Assembly: GCF_044704955.1 (NCBI RefSeq)
Contig: NC_091990.1
Location: 135,594,001-135,658,000 of the forward strand
Source: Pristiophorus japonicus
Lineage: Eukaryota
Length of the DNA: 64,000 bases
Direction of reading: 5' to 3'
Part shown: one piece after another, positions 12,942 to 25,418 of the stretch
Position numbering within the stretch: position 1 is the stretch's first letter
Layout: every line of letters begins with the position of its first letter
Translations under genes and position numbers: made by a program
The notes under the pieces: generated by a model
Database searches by the model: none
Told to the model about the DNA's origin: nothing
The model's input: the letters and a program-made list of their open reading frames with translations, nothing else

Positions 12942-13010
12942 GTAAGTAAATACCAACCAGTATTTTAATTATATGTTCAATTTAATATTATGCTATCCAT
13001 GTATGACACT

Positions 13011-14553
13011 GGGCTAGAAATTCGGTTCTCAGCGATAACGGTATTTTTTCACCAAAATTACCGTTATCGATTCGCAATCGCTATCGAGCCGGAAATTCAA
13101 GCTTTAATTTGCGCAGCGGTAAAAATCAGTGTGGAACGCAAACCGCGATCTTAACCAACTTTAGTCCAAGGCCGGATACCGCTGCAAGTTGGGTCTTGGG
13201 AGGGCGGAACAACACCTAAAAATAAATTGGAATTTTTTTTTTTTAAATTCACACATTTATAAGACACTTATCTATCGAATCACTGCAAAAAAATAAAAAA
13301 TGGATGCGTTTATTTGTACTAACCAAATTGCAGCCGTTTCTCTGGCTCTCCATTATCACGTGATCTATTGCTGATTGGTCCCCTTTGAGGATAAGACACA
13401 CCCTGAAGTTTCTCTGGAGTGTGTAAATGGAACCGCCCAGCCTCACTTTGCACATTGTAACATGATGCATTTGGACTTCAGAAGTCCGAAAGGGCCCATC
13501 CCTCCCCCAGCCGAAGTCTCCCCTTACTCCAGCACAAGTGCATCCCTCCCCAAGCCAAAGTCCATTACCCCAGCGCAAGTGACCTTACCCCCCCCCCCCC
13601 CCCCCCCCCACAGCCATAGTAAGAGCGTTGTGTGCAGATTAAGAGGTTTATTGGGTATGAAGTGAATAGCGACAGTGTTGTTACTATTTCATCCAAAAAA
13701 GAAACGATGTCCCTGGCGCGCTGAGCTTTCCGAGAAATCGGGTGTGGGTGTAAAGGGGGTTGGAAGAACGGGATCTGCCTTGCCTGAGTTCCCTCTCTTT
13801 CCCCCTGCCACCCCCCACCCTGTCTCTTCTCTCCCACCAGGCCCCCCCCCGCCCTGCCAATAATCAGGCTCTCCCTCTCTCTTTCCCTTCCCTCCCAACA
13901 CCCGGGCTCTCTCTCTCTCTCTCTCTCTCTCCCCCATCCCCCCCATCCCCCCCCAAACAACCAGGCTCTTCACCTTCCCCATCCCCCCCAAACAACCAGG
14001 CTCTTCACCTCCCCCATCCCCCCCAAACAACCAAGCTCTCATCTCCCCCCCAAACCAGACTCTCTCTCTTCAGCGCTCTCTTCCCCTTCACGGCTCAGCG
14101 GGGGCAGGAGGCGGGGTTTAAGGCTTGTCGGCTCAGTGGGGGGCTCCACGGGGGAATCGGCGGCCGGTGGGGCAACGTGGTCAGAATCAGCGTGGCCAAT
14201 TGCGGGGCCCCACTTCCGGGCGGAGTCCAGAGGACCAAAGCGCAAAAGGACGAGAAAATCGTTAGTACAAATAGTCACATCACTAAAAAATAAAAACTTT
14301 AACTGACCTTTTTCCAAGGGCTGCAACACAGCTTTTTATATGTCGGTATTTTTCGTGCAAAATACGGGTGTGCACAAAGCCAAATTTTGGTGAAAATGCT
14401 ATTTCGGCTCTTGCACGGCAGCGCTCCTCTCTCCAATGGTATTTGAAAACTGCCGCTGCAAAATGTCACCGGATTTTCCGCCGACCAGGTTTTTGCCAAA
14501 AAAGGTGAAATAGCACCAAAAACCTGGTCGCAAAATCGCCGAATTTCTAGCCC
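13011..14553. mobile_element. Non-autonomous Harbinger-type MITE carrying a nested TIR element
   Basis: Perfect 15-bp TIR GGGCTAGAAATTCGG / CCGAATTTCTAGCCC, resembling the TIR of the 21059-25708 Harbinger. The 3-bp TSD is not preserved (ACT vs TAA). Confidence 0.75.
13302..14283. mobile_element. Unclassified non-autonomous TIR DNA element nested in the MITE
   Basis: 13-bp perfect inverted core TATTTGTACTAAC (13311-13323) / GTTAGTACAAATA (14261-14273) within ~21-bp imperfect TIRs; candidate 8-bp TSD TAAAAAAT (13294-13301, 14284-14291). Confidence 0.6.
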
Positions 14554-14774
14554 TAAGCTTTCTACATAAATTAGCACCTTTTATAGGGAAGGATGTGGTT
14601 ATGGTTCTTTATTGGAGAAAGAAATAGGAAAGTTATCAGTCTTTAAAGAAGCCATGACTATAGCTGATGTGGAGAGTAATAAGGGATACTTTGTGAAATT
14701 ATAGTTAATAAGCATGTTATTGGTGCAGAATTAATGGACATTAGCTTATCTAACCTGTGAAATACCTGACTTGG

Positions 14775-15375
14775 GAAATTTTCGGGATGAGGGTATCGCT
14801 GGCATGGCTGGCATTTATTGTCAATCATTAGTTGCCTTTGAGAAGGTGGTGTTGGGACTATTTCTTGATCTGCTGCTGCCCATGTGGTGAAGGTACTCCC
14901 AATATGCTGTTGGGTAGAAAGTTTCAGGATTTTCACCCTGCGACAATAAAGAAACGGCAATATATGTCCAAGTCAGGATGGTGTGTGTCTTTGAGGGGAG
15001 CTTGGAGGTGATGGTGCTCCCATAAACCTGCTGTCCTAGTCCACTTCGGTGGTGGAGGTCACGGGTTTGGGAGGTGCTACTGGTTGAGCCTTGGCGAGTT
15101 GCTGCTGTACATTCTATAGATAGTACACACTGCAGCCATGGTACACCGGTGATGGCAGATGGGGGTGTTTAAGCCAGTGGATGGGGTGCCAATCAAGCAG
15201 ACTACTTTGTCTCAGATGGTGTTGAACTCCTTGAGTGGTGTTGCAGCTACACCCATCCAGATGTGGAGAACATTCCATTAGACTCCTGATTTGTGCCTTG
15301 TAGTTGATGGAAAGGCTTTGGGGAGTCGGGAGGTGAGCCACTCGCCACAGAATACCCAGCCTCTGACCTCCAGTA
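14775..15375 (-). mobile_element. CR1-group (Crack/Daphne-like) LINE 3' end
   Basis: Minus strand encodes a degenerate YKAQ(I/V)RS.MEYS motif; homologous to 5659-5900 and 37390-38030. Confidence 0.65.
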
Positions 15376-15556
15376 GCCACACCATTTTCTGATGCTGAGA
15401 TCATTTGTAAAAAATTCCAATCTGTTGCATTGATGTTCACCTCACCGCAAAATACACCAAGAAGTGTGTGCTTTCTTAATTGGGGGGTGGGGGGAGAGGT
15501 ATGATAGAACTTGGATAAATGAAGTTTACTTAGCAATGATTCACCTTATCTTGCAG

Positions 15557-15654
15557 CTACTGTCCGACCACAGAATGAACTACAGCATAACCAGCTGTCT
15601 GTCTTTGGTGAATATGTTGCTGAAATGCTTCCCAAATATATCCAACAGGCGCAG
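15557..15654 (+). CDS. NDUFS3: NDUFS3 coding exon 3
   Basis: TTGCAG| ... |GTAAGA; (P)[32 protein letters not shown]. Confidence 0.96.
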
Positions 15655-16169
15655 GTAAGACTTGTTGGCAGTTTGACTGGTACATTGACATAAATTGGGC
15701 TACTGAGTTTTATAAATCAGTTATGTATCTGTGTATTGTATGGTCAAGTATTGGAATGTGAAATTAGGCGTTTCCTAGGAAATCTCTACCATTGTGTTAT
15801 TTGGTCTAATAAATAGTTTTCTGATACCTGCATTAGAATATAGCACTGTGTCATTACTAAAATGGTTATTAAGTAGGAGGCAAACATCTTCTAAAATAAC
15901 AAGTAAAATGTCTCGTCCAAGGAATTTTTTAATAAGATATCTCACCGTAGCAATTTTACACAAACACCAGTTGGGTAATGCTGTACAAACTTTTCTTCTT
16001 CCCAATTCCTTCAATTTGGCATATTTGGCCTCCATGTGCTGCCAGCATAACTGATGGTGAAAGTAACAGTGATAAAATGAAATGGAAAATAAATTTCGGC
16101 CATTAAATTGTTTTGCTTGCCCAGTAGTATATCCTGTAATGCTATTATTTTTCAGATCACCTGGTAATG

Positions 16170-17842
16170 GACACTAACAATATTCCAACAGTGGATAGTC
16201 ATGGGGCTATAGGTGGGAGGAGGAACTTAACACAATCACAATCACTAAGGAGGTGGTACTCAGTAAGATAATGGGGCTAAAGGCAGATAAATCCCCTGGA
16301 ATCCTAGGGTCTTAAGAGAAGTAGCGGCAGTGATTGTGGATGCATTGGTTGTAATTTACCAAAATTCCCTGGATTCTGGGGAGGTCCCAGCAGATTGGAA
16401 AACTACAAATGTAACGCCCCCATTTAAAAAAGAAGGCAGACAAAATGCAGGAAACTATAGACCAGTTAGCCTAACATCTGTGGTTGGGAAAATGTTGGAG
16501 TCCATTATTAAAGAAGCAGTAGCAGGACATTTGGAAAAGCAAAATTCCGTTGGACAGAGTCAGCATGGATTTATGAAGGGGAAGTCATGTTTGACGAATT
16601 TGCTGGAATTCTTTGAGGATGTAATGAACAGGGTGGATAAAGAGGAACCAGTGGATGTGGTGTATTTGGACTTCCAGAAGGCATTTGACAAGGTGCCACA
16701 TAAAAGGTTACTGCGCAAGATAAAAGTTCACGGGGTTGGGGGTAATATATTAGCATGGATAGAGGATTGGCCTACTAACAGAAAAAAAGAGTCGGGATAA
16801 ATGGTTCATTCTCTGGTTGGCAACCAGTAACTAGTGGGGTGCCGCAGGGATCAGTGCTGGGACCCCAACTATTTACAATCTATATTAACGACTTGGAAGA
16901 AGGGACTGAGTGTAACGTAGCCAAGTTTGCTGACGATACAAAGATGGGAGGAAAAGCAATGTGTGAGGAGGACACCACAAATCTGCAAAAGGACATACAG
17001 GCTAAGTGAGTGGACAAAGATTTGGCAGATGGAGTATAATGTTGGAAAGTGTGAGATCATGTACATTGGCAGAAAAAAATCAAAGAGCAAGTTATTATTT
17101 AAATGGAGACAGATTGCAAAGTGCTGCAATACAGCGGGACCTGGGGGTGCTTGTGCATGAAACACAAAAGGATAGTATGCAGATACAGCAAGTGATCAGG
17201 AAGGCCAATAGAATCTTGGCCTTTATTGCAAAGGGGATGGAGTATAAAAGCAGTGAAGTCTTGCTACAGCTATACAGGTATTGGTGAGGCCACACCTGGA
17301 ATACTGCGTGCAGTTTTTGTTTCCATATTTACGAAAGGATATACTTGCTTTGGAGGCTGTTCAGAGAAGGTTCACTAGGTTGATTCTGGAGATGAGGGGG
17401 TTGACTTATAAGGAAAGGTTGAGTAGGTTGGGCCTCTATTCATTGGAATTCAGAAGAATGGGAGGTGATCTTATCGCAAAGTATAAGATTATGAGGGGAC
17501 TTGACAAGGTGGATGCAGAGAGGATGTTTCCACTGATGGGGGAGACTAGAACTAGAGGGCATGATCTTAGAATAAGGGGCCGCCCATTTAAAACTGAGAT
17601 GAGGAGAAACTTTTTCTCTGAGAGTTGTAAATCTGTGGAATTTGCTGCCTCAGAGAACTGTGGAAGCTGGGACATTGAATAAATTTAAGACAGAAATCGA
17701 CAGTTTCTTAAATGATAGGGGTTATGGGGAGTCGGGAGGGAGGTGGAGCTGAGTCCATGATCAGATCAGCCATGATCTTATTGAATGGCGGAGCAGGCTC
17801 GAGGGGCCATATGGCCTATTCCTATTTCTATTTCTTAGGTTC
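16170..17842 (+). mobile_element. CR1 LINE, 5'-truncated, frameshifted (NDUFS3 intron 3)
   Basis: ORFs 16330..16800 and 17281..17682 carry RT motifs; CR1 3' UTR. Confidence 0.93.
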
Positions 17843-17918
17843 TAACCCCATATGTCAATACATCATGGGTGTTGGATCGTACACAAGTTAATATCTTTGC
17901 CTTGTCTTTATTAAACAG

Positions 17919-18068
17919 GTGACATGTTTCAATGAGTTGGAGATTTTTATCCATCCAGAAGGCATAATACCAGTGCTGACATTCCTGCGGGATCACACCA
18001 ATGCCCAGTTCAAATCACTTGCTGACGAGACTGCAGTGGATGTCCCTTCTCGCCCGTTTAGATTTGAG
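17919..18068 (+). CDS. NDUFS3: NDUFS3 coding exon 4
   Basis: AAACAG| ... |GTAATA; [50 protein letters not shown]. Confidence 0.97.
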
Positions 18069-18715
18069 GTAATAGGGGAGGGGTCAGGGGAGAGGAAATA
18101 GTAAAATTGTGCTTTAAAAATATTACATTTATAGCAGCTTTCAAAATGTGCACATTTGTAGTAGCAATTTAAAATTACTTTGCAAATATTAAATGTTAGA
18201 TTTTATATGGAGGACTATTTCTTGGTTTGTTGAGCTATTTTAGTGCAGCAATAATGTATTGTTTCCTCAAAGATGATAATGATGGCATAAATACTAAGCT
18301 TCTAAGTCTTAGACTCCCATTTGCTAACAATGGTGGTGTGAGAGTAGAGAACTGATGTACCTTTTCATGGCATAATGATTTTTTCACATAGTCTCACTGT
18401 GCTGGAAAACTAACTATAGAGTTAATTAGTCAAAAAAAAACTCCTGAAAACAATAGCTTACAAAATGCCAAATCACTTGCTTAATTTCATGTGTTACAAT
18501 AAATGTGTTGTAAAATATATGCGTTGACCAGCATAGTTTTGGAAACATCGACAAATTGTGGAAGAGCCTCACATTGTTTGCTGAGTTTTATAAATCTGTT
18601 ATATATCTGCGTATTGTGTGGTCAAGTATTGGAATGTGAAATTAAGCTTTTCATAATGTACTGATACTGTAGTCAAGATTTAATTTTAAAATATTTTCTG
18701 TTACCTTTCCAACAG

Positions 18716-18841
18716 ATTGTATATAACTTGCTTTCACTGCAATTTAACTCTCGTATCCGCGTGAAGACTTACACTGATGAGTTGACGCCACTGGATTCCT
18801 TAGTACCTGTATTCCAGGCTGCAAACTGGTATGAGAGAGAG
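18716..18841 (+). CDS. NDUFS3: NDUFS3 coding exon 5
   Basis: CAACAG| ... |GTAAGC; [42 protein letters not shown]. Confidence 0.97.
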
Positions 18842-20013
18842 GTAAGCTGAAGCAAATGGAGGAAATGTTCTGGCCAGTTCTTTTTTATCTCCAAAAAAGC
18901 CAAGTTCAAGTGCAGTCTTCAAAGTGAAGTGAGGTTAGAGAGTGGAAGATAATTGAACCAAGGGCAAGGGAGTATTAAACATTAGAGGCCTGAGGGTGCA
19001 GATAGAGTGGGTGGACTGGGGGAGAAGACACAGTGACATGAATATGTGCAGCAAATTCTTAGCAAAAGCAGTTTATGCTATGTAAATCTAAATTTGAAAA
19101 AAGGCATGAAGTATCTAGTTGTGAGCAGGATTAGAGATAGAAGGAAAAACTGCAAATAACTACTGAGGCTCAACATCTGAAAGGCAAAGGTAGGCTGCGT
19201 TGCATTTGAGACTCTTCATTTGTTCTGACAAAGGGTTGTACCCAAAATATTATCTTTCCTTTTCAGATGCTCACTGAGCTACTATGTATTTCCTGTGTTT
19301 CTATTGAAGATTGTATACACAGAGACCAGGATGATTGTTATGCTTATGCTGGTTGGGTTGTGGGGGAAAGAGTTGTCTGTGGATGCTAACAGGCCAGAGC
19401 TGAATCGTTGAGATGGATAAATGTTTTGTGGTTTGACTTGAGGTTTGGGGATAGCTGGGGTTGAGTCCAAGATTGAGTGAATGTATGTTGTATGTGGAAG
19501 GAGCAGAATTGATGAGCCAAATGACATTTTATCCATTCATGTTTTATGTCCTTGATTTCAATAGAGAAAGATCATGAGGCTTTCACAGAGTAGTCAAAAC
19601 ACTGATTATTGTGTGCTATATTATAAGGGGCTAAATTCCCCCAAATTGTCATGTGATTAACAGTATTGCGATTTGAAACTATTGTACTGTGCTTATGGCC
19701 ATTCAAATTGCATAAAATATAGGACATTACATGAAACTGAGATATAATTTATTATTTTGCAAGTTACATAATTTTGCTCTTGGTACTTTTACGAAAAAAC
19801 TAGTATAACCATCTTACAAATACACTCAATACTGTATTTGTATGTAAAATTTAACACAAGATTGTAATATTTTCCCAAAATACAAGCACCTGCTGGATGA
19901 ATGGTGTAATATTTCTAAATCTTTGGCATTAAATTGACGGCAAGACCAATTCTTTTAAAACAAATTGGAATAAGTTTATTAAATACACACACACATGTAG
20001 CCTATCTAACACA

Positions 20014-20604
20014 TCATCATCATCATAGGCAGTCCCTTGAACGAGGAAGACTTGCTTCCACATGGGTTCACAGATGTTTCAACGAAGGACCCGATATTCC
20101 AGTCCTGAACTCCAATTGAAGGGGTGGACGATGTCTGTGCGTGGATTTTTTTAATGTGAGGTGACCGTTGCACACCTGCCACCGCACGGGCTCAACAGAG
20201 CTAGGTCTTTATCCGGTGGCAAGGATTAACCAGGATGACTGGAGACCTGCTCTGCTGCATGGACCTAGTGTGCACACATGTCTTTTTTTTTTAAAGCTAT
20301 GTTGATAGATCTGTTGAAGGGGGATTACTTTTGTTTGCGGCGATGATTTCAGTTGAAAGAGGCTCGTGCTCGGAACTTGCCGGTTGGGTTTAAATATTTA
20401 TTGTTTTACGGGCATAAATCTTTGCCCCTGTGAGCGGGCGCAGGGGTTTGCTGCTGTGATTGGCGGGGGTCAATAGGTCAGTATATGAGGAATATGAGGT
20501 GCAGCGAGAGATCGTGGCGGAGGTGCAGCAAATGAGGGTACGGGGCCCAGAAGAGCCGAGGGCCCAGAGGCAGCACGGGCCAGCGCACACTAGGTCTGTG
20601 CAGC
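20014..20604 (-). mobile_element. RTE-tailed non-autonomous retroelement with an inverted 5' part
   Basis: (ATC)n tail and GAGGAAGACTTGCTTCCA, the reverse complement of the RTE 3' end at 33365-33410; 10-bp TSD ATCTAACACA (20004-20013, 20605-20614). Confidence 0.8.
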
Positions 20605-21507
20605 ATCTAACACAACAGCATTCTATTAGTATCCTATGGACTCTACTTAATTACAACAGGTAAGGTAATGAGTTACAGATTTACAGAGACATATACTTCC
20701 CTCTGAGTCAACTAAAGCACGCGGCCACCTTCCTTGCTTCTTGGTCTGGTCTGTGAAGAGGGAGGTCACCTGCTTTGTCGCATGGTCCGAAAAGAGAAAA
20801 GAGAGCGAGCAGGCTTTGCGCTTGCATTTTTATTCTCATAAAGTCCATTGTTTCTCAACATAAGTTGCTAAAGCCCCAGGATTGGGTCTTGGTTCCAAGG
20901 TAGTTCCTTATTGGCTTTCCTCACACATGCGACTGTCTGCAGGAATTGGAGCCGCTCCTTGATTAGGTTAATCGCTTTCCCATTAACACCTTTTCTAGTT
21001 TGGTGAGTTTCAACACCATGTTCCTTTTGTTAATCTTCGCCCAACCAGAGAAGACATGGGGCTAGACTTTCCACCTCACATTGCCCATATATCGCCTAAA
21101 ACTGACGTCTATCGCCCATTTTGAGCAAAAAAATGGAAACTCAGGCCTCAACATCGCCGGAAAATTAAGCCCCCAAATTTCAGCTCACTTTGCCGAGCTG
21201 ATCGCCTGCACATCGCCGATTTGAACTTCTGGCACATTGCCGGGCTGATCGCTCGCCGAGAACATCGCTGGACAATAGTTGCTTTTCCCGGGCTTTCCTG
21301 ACCGAACTGGGCACTACATTTTGAATTTCGGAGGAAGGGAGGAGGCAGCTAAAAAACTCGAGCTAAGATATTTGAGAGTTATTTAAGGGTCTTTTATAGA
21401 TCCGCTCAGATTTATACATATTTAATTGCACTAATAATAGCTTAGTAGATTAGGCATTTTTTACTGAAAAGTGCATTTATAACAAGTAAAAATAAATATT
21501 GATAGTG

Positions 21508-22883
21508 ATGGGGCCTATGCTTTCTGTGCCATTACTTGTAACTGCTCACACGCTGGTTTCTGAAAGGATCAATCGAAGAGGTGGCAGAGTCATCATCATA
21601 GGCGGTCCCTCGAACGAGGATGACTTGCTTCCACGAGTTCGCAGGTGTTTCGATGACGGACCCGATGTTCCAGTCCTGAACTCCAATTGAGGGGGTGGAA
21701 GACGCCTGTGTGAGAGAGCAGCTCCACGGGTCGGGCTATAAAAGAGCTGGAGCGGTGGGCCCTGGGATGTCGTGGCCCCCCTGACCTGCGAGAGAACAGC
21801 TCCGTGGGTCGGGCTATCAAAGAGCTGGAGCGGTGGGCCAGGGACGTCGTGGTGGCAGAGTAATGTGTAGACAGAGACAGAGGAGGCGAAGGTACAAAGA
21901 AACACAATCTTACCTCAACTTGTCTGAAAACGCATGTCTTAGGAGGCTGCGCTTCTGGAAGGAGATCATTGATGAGATTTGTCATCTTAAGGGGGACCTG
22001 CAGCTTTCCAGCACCATCAGAACCGCACTGCCCATTGAGGTCAGGATCCTTTCAGGCTTCAGCTGGCGATATCTAGTATCTCTCAGCACGCCACGCACTG
22101 CTGCATTCGTCGGGTGACTGAAGCCCTTTATGCTCGCAGGAAGGCTTTGGGTTTCTCGAGAGTAGCAAACTTCCCCAAGGTGCAGGGAGCAATAGACTGC
22201 ACGCACATTGTCCTGAAAGCACCTTTACAGAATGCAGAGGTGTTTTGTAACAGAAAGGGATTCCCACTCCCTGAATGTGAAGCTTGTCGACCACAACCAA
22301 ATAATCATGACAGTAAATGCTACATTTCCTGGCAGCATCCATGATGTGCACATCCTACGTGAGAGTGTTACCCCTGACCTGATTGTCAATCAGCCAGAAG
22401 GTCACGGGTTGGATGTTGGGGGATAAGGGATATGGCCTTGCCAGCTGGCTGATGACCCCACTGTGTAATTCCGTCACCGAAGCAGAGAAACGTTACAACG
22501 AAAGCCACATAGTGACACGCAACATCGTCGAAAAGACAATTGGAGTCCTAAAGCAGCGCTTCAGATGCCTGGACCACCCTGGTGGCAGTCTACAGTACCA
22601 CCCTGACCAGGTCGCTGAGTTTATTGTGGTGTGTTGCATGCTGCATTACCTAGCTATAAGGAGAGGACAACTAATGCCAGAAGGGGCTGCATGTCCACCT
22701 CCAGAAAGAGGGAAGCAATAGGAGGAGGAAGCTGGTGAGGACCTCTGGGAGGTCAATCAGCCTGGTGATCTAGCCATGGTCCCACTGACCACCGACCGCC
22801 CTCCCCCGAAGACCAGTACCCCGTGCGAGTTACGCGGCTGCAAAGCTGTTGCGTCAGTAGCTCATTTATGAATGGTTTGCATG
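21508..22883 (+). pseudogene. Harbinger DDE transposase (HARBI1-like), frameshifted and interrupted
   Basis: [62 protein letters not shown] motifs spread over several frames. 3' end approximate. Confidence 0.9.
21591..21850 (-). mobile_element. RTE-tailed insertion inside the transposase gene
   Basis: 11-bp TSD GGTGGCAGAGT (21580-21590, 21851-21861); removing it rejoins the frame RRGGRV|MCRQ. Confidence 0.85.
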
Positions 22884-23554
22884 AAATTACATTGGGAATC
22901 GTCACATTTACATTTACAGTTACGGTTAAACAAAAGTTGCATTTGCATTGAGTTACGTTTTAGCCTTGCCTGCACTGGCCTGGCCTTTGTTGTACAACAT
23001 TTGCATTAATGCTTAACTTAAGTAAACTTATGTTATTATAAGAGAATGCACAACAAATGCAAAACAATTGTTAAAATGGTAAATTTAAAAAATGCTCAAC
23101 TGTAAGAGAATGCATAATTGTTAAATTCAGTAAAAAAAATTATTGTAAACAACGCATTTTTACATTTTTTTAATTAACATCCTCTCTTTCCCCACATCCT
23201 CTCTTTCCCCACCCACAACTATGAACGCACATTAGCAGCAACAAATTAACTAAATAATTTAACATCAACATGAACTATAAAAAATTTAACATGAACATTG
23301 CAAAAATAACCCTTCTCCCTACCAGCGCCACATTTCCCTCCAGGTCCTTTACCCTCTTTGCCCCCCCCCTCCCACCCCGTGTTTTAGCACCACCCGCCCG
23401 CTTTGGTCCCCACAGACCAAGACGACGCTGGCGTGCAGCGGGCGACGGCAAGACTTCCTGCTATGGTGGAGGTATTGCAGTGGAAGACGAAGCTGGCTGT
23501 TCGTCTTCTGAGTCAAGAGGAAGTGTATCCTCCGTACTCGCTTGAGTGCTCGGG

Positions 23555-23740
23555 GTTGTATATTCAAAAAGGAGTTAGATGAGGTCCTTACTGCTAGGGG
23601 GATCAAGGGGTATGGCGAGAAAGCAGGAATGGGGTACTGAAGTTGAATGTTCAGCCATGAACTCATTGAATGGCGGTGCAGGCTAGAAGGGCCGAATGGC
23701 CTACTCCTGCACCTATTTTCTATGTTTCTATGTTTCTATG
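23555..23740 (+). mobile_element. Short CR1 3' tail inserted in the Harbinger
   Basis: GGGATCAAGGGGTATGG..GAAAGCAGG, CR1 3' UTR and (TTTCTATG)3 tail. Confidence 0.85.
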
Positions 23741-24719
23741 TACTCAGACCCAACACAACACTTTGGGGTGCAGGGTCGTGTTCAACCAGCAACTCGTGCT
23801 GAAGGGCATTGGTTGCGGCGGTCTGCTCACGCATCTCTTCTAGTGTCTGCCGTGCTACCTCCAATGCATAGCCGACATCTGGGGAAAGTCAGACACGAAC
23901 TGAACGAACCCCTGGAGAAGCTCACGACCTATCGCGACCATCTCGAGCACAGGGAGATCAAGCCCTCCAAGTGACTGTCCGAGGGAGGCGATTTCTGACC
24001 TCGCTGACCCGGCCTCCGTGGGGTCGGTGTGTGCAATATGATGTGCCTTAGTGTTGCCAGCTGCACACTGCTTGGTCCCGGTACCTCTTCAATCTCAAGT
24101 GAGATGACCGCAGGTTCACCGCCCCCCACCCCGCTGCTGTTGATGATCCTCCTCCTCCTCTTCCTCCTCTAGCTCAGTGGTGGTGATGGTGTTGTCGAGC
24201 TCCTCCTCCTGCTCTTGAACAGGTGCTGGTTGCACCTCGACCAGCGTCTCAGGATGACCTTAAAAACACATTACCTTATTACAGAGCTTATTAGAACATA
24301 ACGGTGCACATTAACGAGAGACGTTACATATCAATACATTTCACTACACCAGAAAGCTGTAGTGGCTGCATGCCCTGTTTCTTATGCACAAAGTCTGCAT
24401 GCATGACATGACATTCATATATTGCATTATAATTACAGGACATTACATTACTCACGAGACGCATAGCTGGGCTCCGCCAGACCACGGGTGGTGGCCGAAC
24501 TGATTTCATGGCCCACGAGCGCAGTTTCACACTCCTCGAGGTCCGTCAGTGGTTGCAGCTGAGCAGAGCCCCCCCCCCCCCCCAGGTGCGCCTCTGCTCA
24601 GCCCGATTGATTGATATCATCTTCTGCAAGCGTATTAGCATATGCTAATTGACTAGGTAGTATGATGGAGTCACAACAGTTTAAAGTTACATGCTACATA
24701 TATACATCTCTCTATAACT

Positions 24720-24877
24720 GCAGCAGCAAGAGTAAAGCTCCCTCCACACTCACAGGGCAGCTGCAGCATGGGGTTATTGACAGAGTAAAGCTCCCTCCAC
24801 ACTGTCCCATCAAACACTCCCAGGGCAGCTGCAGCAAGGGGTTATTTACAGAGTAAAGCTCCCTCCACACTGTCCCA
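24720..24877. repeat. Short tandem repeat (~52-68-bp units, about 2.5 copies)
   Basis: AGAGTAAAGCTCCCTCCACACT occurs three times, separated by CAGGGCAGCTGCAGCA..GGGGTTATT. Confidence 0.85.
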
Positions 24878-25330
24878 TACATAGTCCCAGGTTCTTAACA
24901 TGGAGTTTAATGTAAAACATTTATGAGTAAAAAAACTTAAATTCAATACAGGAGATTCATTATTATAAATAAAATTTGCATCAGTACAATATAAAATGCA
25001 ACTTACTCTTGCTCCAGCTACCAAGCTGTTCCAGCGTTTCCAGCACTGTTCCGACCCCCACATCTCATGGGATGCGGAGGACACCACTGCAGCGATCTCT
25101 GCCCAAATTTTTCTGTAAACTTGGGGTGGGGGTTTCCTGTGTGCACCCCAAGTCAGTTTTCCCCACCGGGAATGCACCTCATTTACCAGGGCCTCATTCG
25201 CCTCGTCACTAAAGAGCTTTTCCCTCTTCCTCTCCCCTTCAGCATCATGATGCATTTCTGACATAGTTTAAATTATGAATTCAAGCCTGCTCTGTTGTCT
25301 TTTCTGCTTCTCTGCTTCACTACCTTCTCG

Positions 25331-25418
25331 GTGTGTGTGTGTATATATATATATGTATCTCTCTCGCGCTCGCTCTCGCACTCTCTCTTCCCCACACACA
25401 CACACACACACACACACA
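25331..25418. repeat. Compound (GT)n(AT)n(CT)n(CA)n microsatellite
   Basis: Directly visible. Confidence 0.9.

Larger units (their letters stand above)
23340..25264 (-). pseudogene. Harbinger Myb/SANT-like DNA-binding gene, spliced, decayed
   Basis: FSDEANEALVNEV...WAEIAAVVS...QCWKRWNSL in exon 1 (donor at 25006); exon 2 ~24623-24456 reads RRTWGGG...PLTDLEE; acidic exon 3 from ~24258. 3' end approximate. Confidence 0.8.

Noticed and set aside
21508-25264. Domesticated host genes HARBI1 / NAIF1
   Set aside because: Both ORFs are broken and lie between TIRs with a TSD, so this is a transposon copy.
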